Source of the DNA: a virus
Lineage: Duplodnaviria > Caudoviricetes
Direction: 5' to 3' (one strand)
Virus record (IMG/VR): IMGVR_UViG_3300032007_000001
Length of the DNA: 64,000 nucleotides
The notes under the pieces are model-generated. The model ran no database searches and had not been told where the DNA came from. It saw only the letters and a list, made by a program, of their open reading frames with translations. A program made the translations under genes and the position numbers. This document shows positions 9,128-17,984 of the stretch, in pieces. The stretch's first letter is position 1. Each line of letters starts with the position of its first letter.

Positions 9128-9448
9128 TTAAAAACCATAATTTTTCAATATAAATGGTGCTAACTCTCTATTTATTATATCTTTTATTTTTTCCCAATTA
9201 TGCAATATGCATTGATGTTTATTTTCTGCCAATATTTGTTTTTTTATAGTAAAAAATAAATCATCAAAATTAAAAGTACTTAAAACATTATAAAACATTA
9301 TATTTGTTTCTAATACATATTTTGAGAATTCTAAAAAAAGAAATTTTACGCACAACTGATTGCTCAATTCCATATAAACAATTTGTATATATTTTAAATT
9401 TAATCCTTTATATTCATAATCATTTTTTATTTCAATCGTTTTGAACAT
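9128..9448 (-). CDS. small Gly-X-terminal family protein
   Basis: ends NYGF. Confidence 0.7.
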   Translation of the reverse strand: MFKTIEIKNDYEYKGLNLKYIQIVYMELSNQLCVKFLFLEFSKYVLETNIMFYNVLSTFNFDDLFFTIKKQILAENKHQCILHNWEKIKDIINRELAPFILKNYGF

Positions 9449-9457
9449 TTTATATCC

Positions 9458-9835
9458 TCAATATCCAAATTCTTTTGCTAATAATTTTCTAAAAATATCT
9501 ATTCCTATCATTAAATCTGTAATTGGAACATTTGATTGTTGTTGATAAAATTCCATTTTTAAGTCTTTAATATTAAAAGTATAAGCATGTCTAAAAGATT
9601 TTTCCAATACATCATTAACATTTATTAACTGAAACATACCAATCATATCATTAGTAACAATATGTTTTACATAACAATAAATTGAAATGTAACGTTTTAG
9701 TATATGAGAAACGACTGGTTCTTCTATATAAACAATCAAAAATTGAAATTCATAAATATGATTTACAAAAACATACTTTTTTTCTTTTTTGTTTTTTAAT
9801 ATTTTTAACATGAAATCAAACACGTCATACACCAA
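9458..9835 (-). CDS. small Gly-X-terminal family protein
   Basis: ends EFGY. Confidence 0.7.
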   Translation of the reverse strand: MVYDVFDFMLKILKNKKEKKYVFVNHIYEFQFLIVYIEEPVVSHILKRYISIYCYVKHIVTNDMIGMFQLINVNDVLEKSFRHAYTFNIKDLKMEFYQQQSNVPITDLMIGIDIFRKLLAKEFGY

Positions 9836-10157
9836 TTTTCAATAAAAGTATATTTTTTAATTCTTTCAAAACATCTAAAAATTTTTCAAAATCTATTTCT
9901 GCTAATTCTTGTTTATCATGGTCTGGAGATTGATACATATATAAAATATCGTTTTGTTTTAATGAATCTTCAAGCAAATGTTTATAAAGCTTAAATACAG
10001 AAATATTTTCTTGCATATAGTCGTTCACACATATATATTCTGCATAAACCAATTCGTCTTTATCTACGTTGTATTCTAATGAAAAAGTCGATTTTAAGTA
10101 CTTAAAATCGACTTTAATTTCAAATGCTGGAGTAAAACCAGAAATTGATATTATCAT
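9825..10157 (-). CDS. small Gly-X-terminal family protein
   Basis: ends KIGV. Confidence 0.7.
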   Translation of the reverse strand: MIISISGFTPAFEIKVDFKYLKSTFSLEYNVDKDELVYAEYICVNDYMQENISVFKLYKHLLEDSLKQNDILYMYQSPDHDKQELAEIDFEKFLDVLKELKNILLLKIGV

Positions 10158-10159
10158 TT

Positions 10160-11359
10160 TTATCCTTTCAATTCGACCAATGCATAGATAGTAACCTGTG
10201 CAGGGTCATATACTATATATTCATTATTAATAAGGTCAGCACCTTTATGTGCAAATACGCTATCATAATGTCCCATATCTTCCAATTTCTTCTTGTTCAA
10301 ATTATAACACGAAGAATCGTGTTTGTAAATATTCTTATATTTTCCAACCCTTACAGAAAATACAGCCATAAAAGCATTATTAGAATTTCCTCTTGCCCAA
10401 TAGCTCCCATTTGCAGAAGTATATCCATAACTTTTTTTAGCTCTATCAGCGAAATAAACACCTGTTCCAAACATAGCACCACATGTTGTTACTCCAGAAG
10501 GCCTGATAAGCATTCCATTCTTAAGAATCGAAAGCCAATTTTCGTTTCTGCTGCCGTGCCAAAACTTCATTTCAGTACGATGCAAATCATTAATTTGTTT
10601 TTTACTATCTTTTGCATAACGGTCTTGTGTAGATTTATTTTCAACGTACCAGCAATTTACATACTTATCTTTAATATCTCCAAGCATTGAAATAACTTCG
10701 TCTTTCAATGCTTTATCACATTCTTTCATTGTAATGCCAAGAGAGTCGAGAATTGAATCGTTGTTAGAAATAGGAGTAGAAGTATTCATATAAACCTTGG
10801 TTGACATAACATCAAGAAGGTCTGATTCGCGTTTCAAAATCTTTGCAAAATCATTTGTGCTTTCAGCAAGATAATACTGTACCTTTTTCATTTTACGAGG
10901 AATAATGGAAAACAAATCGATAAGTGCAGTATTAAAAGTATTTACATTGTATTTTTTCAAATCAGCCATTTCGTCCAATATCGTTCTCGCTTCATCTACC
11001 ATGGCCTGAGTGACTTGATTATCCTTTACCTTATAGTTATCAACCAATGTCTTGTTTGCATATCCTTGAAGGCGGAAAATAACATCTGCAATGGACTTAG
11101 ATTTGATATCAGCAAATGTATTGCTAACCGAAACGTTGTCTACCAAATCTTCAATGAGATGAGATTTGTCAACGTATCCTTTTTTGATTTTGGAACGATA
11201 AATCTTGTCCCATTCATTGATAGGCTTAGAAAGAGTTGTACAAGTTGCACCAATACGACCATATTTAATTGTAAATGTATTTCCATTCGGAATCATATCA
11301 TAAAATTTGTTATGATTATCAGCAGATACAAACACCAAATGTACAGGTTTCATTATCAT
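10160..11359 (-). CDS. WGR-domain poly(ADP-ribose) polymerase-like ADP-ribosyltransferase
   Basis: WGR-like HNKFY..YGRIG..KKGY; helical domain (IIPR); catalytic WHGS, GAMFGTGVYFA, KSYGY, NEYIVYDPAQ (H-Y-E). Confidence 0.92.
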   Translation of the reverse strand: MIMKPVHLVFVSADNHNKFYDMIPNGNTFTIKYGRIGATCTTLSKPINEWDKIYRSKIKKGYVDKSHLIEDLVDNVSVSNTFADIKSKSIADVIFRLQGYANKTLVDNYKVKDNQVTQAMVDEARTILDEMADLKKYNVNTFNTALIDLFSIIPRKMKKVQYYLAESTNDFAKILKRESDLLDVMSTKVYMNTSTPISNNDSILDSLGITMKECDKALKDEVISMLGDIKDKYVNCWYVENKSTQDRYAKDSKKQINDLHRTEMKFWHGSRNENWLSILKNGMLIRPSGVTTCGAMFGTGVYFADRAKKSYGYTSANGSYWARGNSNNAFMAVFSVRVGKYKNIYKHDSSCYNLNKKKLEDMGHYDSVFAHKGADLINNEYIVYDPAQVTIYALVELKG

Positions 11360-11381
11360 ACAACTCCTTTCGTTTGATATA

Positions 11382-11410
11382 ATTATACCATAAAACTCAA
11401 AAAATGTAAA
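11382..11410 (-). promoter_or_regulatory. early-type promoter for PARP operon
   Basis: TTTACA-N17-TATAAT, TG extension. Confidence 0.7.
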
Positions 11411-11459
11411 TAGTTTTTATACAAAAAAGAAGCCATAATTGGCTTCTTTTTATAACATT

Positions 11460-11765
11460 TTATTCTCCAATCATTACTTTACATTCTTTTGTTCTTAAAA
11501 GTTTATATAAACAATTGTATACTTTCGTTGATGCAAATTCTATCATTAAATCATTTATCCCTTCTTTTGTAAAATCAAAATTTTTATGAAAATGGAAAAT
11601 AAAATCTCTTTCATTTAAGTATAAGTACTCAATTTGCAAATGCACATTACAATCCATATTTTTACGATGTAAAGCTATCATAACATGATATTTTCCATCT
11701 TCAAAATTTTCAGAAATTTTCAATAATTTTGTTTTTCTTGAAATATTAAACGTTGTTATTTTCAT
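11460..11765 (-). CDS. small Gly-X-terminal family protein
   Basis: ends MIGE. Confidence 0.7.
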   Translation of the reverse strand: MKITTFNISRKTKLLKISENFEDGKYHVMIALHRKNMDCNVHLQIEYLYLNERDFIFHFHKNFDFTKEGINDLMIEFASTKVYNCLYKLLRTKECKVMIGE

Positions 11766-12082
11766 AATCCAATTCTCTTTAGTGCTTTTTCACAAAGAAA
11801 GTTCTTCACATTTTTTACAACGTTACTAAATTTGTTATTTATTAGATACATTTCAAATCCATATCTACTATAATCACAATATATTAATGCTCTTTTTACT
11901 TCCATTTTTATTCTTTTATCGTTATCTATATCATATACGTTCAAAGATATTTTTCCAGAAGTTTTATTGCTTTTATTCATATTCGAAAAAGCTTCATATG
12001 CAAAAAAATCATCATATACATATTTGTTTTCATAATATTTACATTTCATTGTAAAATCTTTTTCTACAAATTTCGTGCTCAT
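11762..12082 (-). CDS. small Gly-X-terminal family protein
   Basis: ends RIGL; ATGA overlap. Confidence 0.7.
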   Translation of the reverse strand: MSTKFVEKDFTMKCKYYENKYVYDDFFAYEAFSNMNKSNKTSGKISLNVYDIDNDKRIKMEVKRALIYCDYSRYGFEMYLINNKFSNVVKNVKNFLCEKALKRIGL

Positions 12083-12357
12083 ATTTTTTCCTCATCAATA
12101 TAAAATTTTTCATTTTTTTGAAATACTTTCCTATCTTTAAGTTGTTGCGGCTTTTCAATAATCAAATCATAATCCGTTCCAAAATCGTGATTTTCACAAT
12201 AAATAGCCATGCAATCCAATGGACCATCATTTGATTTTTTATATGAACTGTGTGTTTCTTTGCCAGATTTTCCAATTTGATGAATAACGCTATACTGCAT
12301 TAATCTATCAGTATAAAGTTTTCCACCGCATACAGGACATTTATTAAGAAGAATCAT
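12079..12357 (-). CDS. zinc-ribbon-like hypothetical protein
   Basis: CPVCGG..C..H; AAGGAG RBS. Confidence 0.7.
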   Translation of the reverse strand: MILLNKCPVCGGKLYTDRLMQYSVIHQIGKSGKETHSSYKKSNDGPLDCMAIYCENHDFGTDYDLIIEKPQQLKDRKVFQKNEKFYIDEEKI

Positions 12358-12451
12358 AATATTCGTCTCCTTATATTTTTTGTAATTATACCATAAAAAC
12401 AAATATGTGTAAATAATTTTATACAAAAATAGAGAGGATTTAATCCTCTCT

Positions 12452-12754
12452 TTATAGTCCAGTTATAACTATATACTTTTCCAATGGATATAGACATTTC
12501 ATATTTTTTACAATATCTTTCATTATCTTTTCTTTTTCAAAACCAATAAATTTTTCGTTATAACATTTTATAAATTTATTTTCATCAAATGTTTTGTTCC
12601 AATAATCTATTAATGAACAATCCAAAGCAAAACCTTCACCAGACGAAATATTCAAATGCAAATCAAAAATCCAAGAAAAATCTCTTAAAGTAAAAAACGT
12701 ATCTCTTCCATTGATTTTACATTCTTTGAAAAGTATAAGCATTATAATCCACAA
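12452..12754 (-). CDS. Gly-X-terminal family, FYPL subfamily
   Basis: ends LYPLEKYIVITGL. Confidence 0.7.
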   Translation of the reverse strand: MWIIMLILFKECKINGRDTFFTLRDFSWIFDLHLNISSGEGFALDCSLIDYWNKTFDENKFIKCYNEKFIGFEKEKIMKDIVKNMKCLYPLEKYIVITGL

Positions 12755-13080
12755 ACCTTTAATGCGACGTTATTTACCAAAAAATCAGTTATGATTTTCG
12801 AAACATCAAAAACGCAATTTCCTCTAATTTCATTTAATAAATCTCTATTGTGTTTTTTAAGTGAAAATGTATCAAACAATAAAAAACTTTTTGTGATTCT
12901 ATTATTCAATTCGTTTTTTTTCCAATTCATTACATGTGAAATGTGTATAACATGATTTATTTTTCTTTTATCTTTTAATGATTTTATAGTATAAAACAAA
13001 CTTTCATTATATATTGTTTCGTTTGTAAATATCATTTTTATTTTCATATTTTTAAGCGTATCAGTTTTTTTGAATTTCAT
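12742..13080 (-). CDS. small Gly-X-terminal family protein
   Basis: ends VCGL. Confidence 0.7.
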   Translation of the reverse strand: MKFKKTDTLKNMKIKMIFTNETIYNESLFYTIKSLKDKRKINHVIHISHVMNWKKNELNNRITKSFLLFDTFSLKKHNRDLLNEIRGNCVFDVSKIITDFLVNNVALKVCGL

Positions 13081-13689
13081 TTACAAACATCCTCTTATTA
13101 TATGTCTATCAAACAAATTTCCAAATTGTTTTTTGTTAAACAAATTTTTTGACATTGTATATAGTGTCTTTTCATTTACACACAAAGGAATATAACGATA
13201 ATCTTTATTAATCAATGCTTTGATATATTCGTCTTTTATATTGAATCGATTTCTATTATACATATAAAAATGAACTTCAGATGTCTGTATAAAAAAATAC
13301 ATACGTTCGAAATACCAAAAATTGTCTCTATTTAATATATCTTCCAATGTATGTGTTTTCCAAAACAAATCTATTATTTTTTCATTGCAAAATCCAATAT
13401 TTATTTTATTATTATCTACCCATTCATCATAATACATACATAATCTTATAGCTTGACGTGGATTATACCACCATGAACGCACTTTCCCATTTTTCTTTAC
13501 AATCATATAATCTATATCAATTCCATGAAGTATTGACAATCGAACTATAGACGTATTGTTTACATATTTTGTAAGTCTCCATACTTTTAAGTCTATATAT
13601 TTCCCAGATTTATAGCCAAGATTATTTAAGTATTTTTTTACTTGTTCTGAAGTATATAATTGTTTTTCATTAACATCTATATAATTCAT
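13081..13689 (-). CDS. hypothetical protein
   Basis: 202 aa ORF in operon. Confidence 0.7.
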   Translation of the reverse strand: MNYIDVNEKQLYTSEQVKKYLNNLGYKSGKYIDLKVWRLTKYVNNTSIVRLSILHGIDIDYMIVKKNGKVRSWWYNPRQAIRLCMYYDEWVDNNKINIGFCNEKIIDLFWKTHTLEDILNRDNFWYFERMYFFIQTSEVHFYMYNRNRFNIKDEYIKALINKDYRYIPLCVNEKTLYTMSKNLFNKKQFGNLFDRHIIRGCL

Positions 13690-13698
13690 TCAATTTCC

Positions 13699-13917
13699 TC
13701 ACAATCCATATTTTAATGTAAACTTTTTGAATCTCTTAGAATGTCTTAAATATCTTATTGCATAAAATGTTTTGCAAGAAGTAAAACTTTTTTCAATGAT
13801 TTGGTACTGATATTTTGTAGCTAAACTATCTATATACCAATAATCATATTTTGTCCAATGTTCTTTTCTATTCAATGTTTCAATGGCTTCACTTAAAATC
13901 ATTTTATCACAACCCAT
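13699..13917 (-). CDS. small Gly-X-terminal family protein
   Basis: ends KYGL. Confidence 0.65.
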   Translation of the reverse strand: MGCDKMILSEAIETLNRKEHWTKYDYWYIDSLATKYQYQIIEKSFTSCKTFYAIRYLRHSKRFKKFTLKYGL

Positions 13918-14059
13918 TATTCAATAAAAATTTACAAATTCTTTTTTTTCTTTTCAGTGTTTTCATATTGCTTTTTGTATTTCTAAATTTTCTACACATT
14001 GAAAAAGCATTTTCAAATTCAAATACCTTCATATTCATAATGAACTTTAACGTTTTCAT
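13907..14059 (-). CDS. 50-aa Gly-X-terminal family protein (not in ORF track)
   Basis: GAGG RBS; MKTLKF...LLNNGL*. Confidence 0.55.
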   Translation of the reverse strand: MKTLKFIMNMKVFEFENAFSMCRKFRNTKSNMKTLKRKKRICKFLLNNGL

Positions 14060-14240
14060 ATTTTATCCTCTAAATGAATAACACATTGGAAACAATACAA
14101 AAATGAACAAAAACAAATAGAACATCGATATGCAAACAATCTCAGCTATTTTGTCATTCATTTTATGTTCTCCATACATTTTTATTTGATTATACCATAA
14201 TTCGAAATTCATGTAAAAAAATTTTTATAAATCAAATATC

Positions 14241-14341
14241 GAAAAAACTTCAAATTTTTATCTCGTGATGTGAGGGTCATTAGTACATTTTTCTGGATAA
14301 AATCAATGTTTTTTTCGTGCGTCACAAAACTGCACGCTGAA
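14241..14341. repeat. dispersed non-coding element, copy 1 (copy 2 at 32055..32153)
   Basis: CTCGTG.TGTG.G.G.CATTAGT and exact AAAACTGCACGCTGAA with conserved spacing. Confidence 0.6.
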
Positions 14342-14344
14342 AGT

Positions 14345-14378
14345 AGAAAAGCCATGACATCCTTGTCATGGCTTTTCT
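14345..14378 (-). terminator. terminator after TerD-like gene
   Basis: 15-bp perfect inverted repeat AGAAAAGCCATGACA/TGTCATGGCTTTTCT. Confidence 0.7.
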
Positions 14379-14420
14379 GACGCTATCACAAACCCCTTGC
14401 AGAAAGGTGCGTGACCAAAA

Positions 14421-16325
14421 TTATTTAATAAAATCCAAGAAAATATCTTTAGTTACTTGTTTTGGGTCAAGTACTATATCCCATTCTTCGTCATCTTCTT
14501 TTTCAAATTTAGCTCCGGCCATCTTAAGAACATCATTTAACTTAAGACAACTATTTACCATAGTACGCATAGCCGAATTTGCATATTTTGCTTTTTCTCC
14601 ATACGATGCAGCAATTGATTTACTAATAGAAGAAGATGAGAAATAGAATACTTTCTTTTCTGGGGCAGATACATCTAAGAATCCAAGACTCATACCATTC
14701 TTTTCTATATAATTATCAATGCAGAACTTCATTGTATGAGAATCAATAAGATAGTTTTTGTCTACTCTATCTTTTTCACATTCATCAACGATAAACTTAA
14801 AGTCTACGTGATGTGGTCCGCTATAAATATTAAGAGTGAATGAAATAAGTTCATCATCAACGACGTTATCATTAAGATAATAAGCTTCAGTAGCACCATT
14901 AGGAGCTGGTGCGTCAGTCATATCTCCAGTAAATAATACTTCTCTATTATTACGTTCGTTTTTATAATTGGACCCATAATTATACCATGATACATCATAT
15001 TTTTCAGACTTCATATGCAAATCTAAGTCTGTACGATATCCATTAGTATTTAGCCAATGAACACCAAGTACAACAGTAGGAGGCAATATTATAGAAGAAT
15101 TGAAAGGAATATTATTCCAAAACATCTTTTCAGATGTAGGCATAGCATAAACAAAATTATTCGGAATAAAAATCTTCTTTCCTTCTACATTCTTACGAAC
15201 AGTATCAACGATATTCTTCATAATGACATGAAGCACATCATCACTCACGTTAAAGTCATTTTTATATTCTTCTACATAAGCCAACCCATTCCTTATAAGA
15301 TAAATGATATGTTCTGGGTCATTCCTACGGAAAAGAATACTGTTTGCAAGAGAAATGCGTTTGAAAATTGTAACGTTTTCAAGTTCTTTCTCAAGTTCGT
15401 TAATATCAACATCCTTATGCGTTACGATATCAAGAATTTTTTCTTTCTTCGGCTTATGGTATTTGTCTGCAATACGATTAATCTGATTAATAAAAGTGCA
15501 GAATTGACGATTCCCATTAGCACTATGCTTAAAAGCAAGGAAAATCTTTTTATAGCGATGGAAAATAGAAGCGAGTTTTGTAATCTTTATCTTATAGAAA
15601 TCATCAAAATTAACGTTTGCACTATAAGAAATAGCTCTAAAAGTAGCATCGTTTTGAATAAGCATGGTGCTTTTAGTAGCCTTATAAACCTCATACTTCA
15701 AAAATTCCTCTGCATTTTGAGGAACAGTATTATAGTAGTCATACATCTTGAGACGCATTTCTTTATTTTTAACATTGTCAACGTCTCTACTAAAATCAAT
15801 TTTATTATAGTTGATAATTGTAAATAACTCTTCGACTGTTTTGCTATTCAATGCCATACCAGAATAAAGCATTTTACGAACACGTTCTTCTATATTCTCG
15901 TTTGAGATATAATTAATGATAGTTACTTGAAAAGGAGAATCGTCTTCTGGCAATTGAAGCACTTCATTTGGGATATAAACACTATCTTTATCATAAATAC
16001 CAAGACTTTCAAACCCATAGGTTGTAAAATAATGAAGAATCTGGTCGCGAATCCATTCTTCTACTGATTTATCGGCTACAGAATGAAAAGATTTGTAGAA
16101 ACCATTATTAAGCGCTTCCAAATCATAGCCATACATATCAATCACAGATGATTTAATATCATCTTTTGAATTAATATCAAAATGACTATATGCTTCGTCA
16201 GTAATGAATACACCATTTGAAATTTCATCATGTTTTATGTTGGAAATATCCATTTTGCCAAGGTGTGGGATTGCTTTAAAAAGATGGAGTACTGCTTTGA
16301 AATATTCTTGAGTTTTGGTATTCAT
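14421..16325 (-). CDS. large helical (possible ROT/TROVE-like) protein with C-terminal TerD-like domain
   Basis: C-terminal GVHW..DLDLH..W..FTGDMTDAP..GATE..NIYSG TerD-like motifs; long helical N-part; AGGAG RBS before ATG 16325. Confidence 0.72.
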   Translation of the reverse strand: MNTKTQEYFKAVLHLFKAIPHLGKMDISNIKHDEISNGVFITDEAYSHFDINSKDDIKSSVIDMYGYDLEALNNGFYKSFHSVADKSVEEWIRDQILHYFTTYGFESLGIYDKDSVYIPNEVLQLPEDDSPFQVTIINYISNENIEERVRKMLYSGMALNSKTVEELFTIINYNKIDFSRDVDNVKNKEMRLKMYDYYNTVPQNAEEFLKYEVYKATKSTMLIQNDATFRAISYSANVNFDDFYKIKITKLASIFHRYKKIFLAFKHSANGNRQFCTFINQINRIADKYHKPKKEKILDIVTHKDVDINELEKELENVTIFKRISLANSILFRRNDPEHIIYLIRNGLAYVEEYKNDFNVSDDVLHVIMKNIVDTVRKNVEGKKIFIPNNFVYAMPTSEKMFWNNIPFNSSIILPPTVVLGVHWLNTNGYRTDLDLHMKSEKYDVSWYNYGSNYKNERNNREVLFTGDMTDAPAPNGATEAYYLNDNVVDDELISFTLNIYSGPHHVDFKFIVDECEKDRVDKNYLIDSHTMKFCIDNYIEKNGMSLGFLDVSAPEKKVFYFSSSSISKSIAASYGEKAKYANSAMRTMVNSCLKLNDVLKMAGAKFEKEDDEEWDIVLDPKQVTKDIFLDFIK

Positions 16326-16352
16326 AATTGACATTCTCCTTTCAAAAACGAG

Positions 16353-16388
16353 AAAACAAAAAGCTATCATTTCTTGAAAACGATAGCC
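16353..16388 (-). terminator. intrinsic terminator between RNA array and TerD-like gene
   Basis: GCTATC/GATAGC stem followed by T-rich tract on minus strand. Confidence 0.55.
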
Positions 16389-16402
16389 CAACATTCATTT
16401 AA

Positions 16403-16786
16403 GTATTTGCGAAAAGTAAATAACCCTATTGAAAAGGAACTCTCTATGCAAATACATTAATAACAATTAGGCGAGAAGTAAAAACATAATCTTTATTAAG
16501 CTTATAATGTACAGGAACCCCTTATGCCTAAAATGCCTTTAAGATGCGAGAAGTAAATCACTGTTTTCAAATAACTTGCGAAAAGGAACTTCTTATGCAT
16601 CTGTAAATATACTATTTGAAAAAAACATTTTTGTTTTTAACATTTCATATAAATTATAATATGATTTCATAGAAAGTAAATACTTTTTTATAATACAAAC
16701 AAAAACAAAGCGAGAAGTAAAATCATCTGTTGTATGCGCCATTGCTGGCGCATGTAGTAATAAAAAGGAACTTCTTATGCTTTGTT
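16403..16786 (-). ncRNA. array of four structured RNA units (16403-16455, 16467-16531, 16542-16602, 16704-16786)
   Basis: Conserved GCAUAAGAAGUUCCU..variable..UUUACUUCUCGC; unit-specific complementary closing stems; G-U wobbles only on minus strand. Confidence 0.7.
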
Positions 16787-16798
16787 AATTAAAAAATA

Positions 16799-17554
16799 TT
16801 ATTTCAAATCATAAAAATCTATATTATTTCTTAAATATGAAAGTATTTCTAATCGTAAGAAATTATCTGGGTTTTCGAATGAAAAATATTCTCTGCCTTG
16901 TAATTTATAATGATGTACGTAATTATCAAAATAAATTAAGTCTAATGGGTAAATTTTTGATGAATCTTTAAGTAATTTTTTACAATCTTTATAATTCTTA
17001 AAATCAAACCAATGTAATGGACATAATGTTCTATCTTTATAATTACAGCTGCTATTTACAAGCAATACATAATTATATTTTTTAGGTAATTCTTTCAATA
17101 ATGAAATTTGTCTATTATATCTATAATCCAATACTATATAATCATAACAGCTTAAATCCAAATTAAAAATATCTTCATGATGCAATAATCTTGTTATAGA
17201 AAGTGTTAAAATAATATCATCATATTTTGTTTTTAATTGTTTTGCTAATGTATCATCATTTATTGTAAATCTTTTGAATTCTAAACTATAATATTTTTGT
17301 ATAATTTCCTTGCTACAATTTTTTTGAATTAATATTTCTATTGGAAAATGTTTTTTTACTTCATTTAATAAATATAAATATTCATCAAAATCGTGTGAAA
17401 AATTGCCATCTTCAACTCTAGTATTTATTCCATCTCGTATATAAGATGGCGTATATATGCATTCTATATTTTCTTTTCTTTTTGAGAAGAAATCAATAAA
17501 CTTTTTGTTTGTTTCTTCATTAATTGGCATATATGGTATTTCAAATTTTTTCAT
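16799..17554 (-). CDS. peptidase U32-like (Fe-S) protein, divergent
   Basis: LSIT, LLVNSSC..C..H and KLQGRE motifs reminiscent of U32 family. Confidence 0.6.
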   Translation of the reverse strand: MKKFEIPYMPINEETNKKFIDFFSKRKENIECIYTPSYIRDGINTRVEDGNFSHDFDEYLYLLNEVKKHFPIEILIQKNCSKEIIQKYYSLEFKRFTINDDTLAKQLKTKYDDIILTLSITRLLHHEDIFNLDLSCYDYIVLDYRYNRQISLLKELPKKYNYVLLVNSSCNYKDRTLCPLHWFDFKNYKDCKKLLKDSSKIYPLDLIYFDNYVHHYKLQGREYFSFENPDNFLRLEILSYLRNNIDFYDLK

Positions 17555-17632
17555 ATATTTATCACCATATATATATTATTTTGTACAAAAAAAATTTTTT
17601 TTGATATAATTAATTGAAGGTGGTGACAAAAT

Positions 17633-17896
17633 ATGCAAGAAATTGATTCGAGTTATTTTAAGGATTTGCATTCAAATGCTTTTTTGCGTTTACAAGGGAA
17701 AGAACAAGAAGAAAAAATAAAAGATATACAAAGACAATTCAAAAATTATTTGAAGAAAAAATGTAATCTGAATGACAAACAATTTGAGATTCTTTATAAA
17801 TATAGCAAGGCATCAAGCTATAAAACATTCGAAAATAATTTTATAAAGTATATGCAAATTTATAAAGAAGTAAAAGAAAATGAAAAAGTTGATTGA
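17633..17896 (+). CDS. hypothetical protein
   Basis: GGTGG RBS, upstream TATAAT. Confidence 0.7.
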   Translation: MQEIDSSYFKDLHSNAFLRLQGKEQEEKIKDIQRQFKNYLKKKCNLNDKQFEILYKYSKASSYKTFENNFIKYMQIYKEVKENEKVD

Positions 17897-17984
17897 TAAA
17901 TTTCAATCAACTTTTTTAATTATGCTAAACAAAAAAAATTGGTTCTTCACTTTTAATTAGAATAACTAAAGTGAGGTATCAACA

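Noticed and set aside
15057-15827. 256-aa plus-strand ORF and similar antisense ORFs (10145, 24628, 47599, 49276, 50952)
   Set aside because: Shadow frames opposite well-supported genes; no RBS or motifs.
16403-16786. CRISPR array
   Set aside because: Constant blocks flank the variable part as two arms of one stem, spacing is irregular, closing stems differ per unit, and no cas genes are present.
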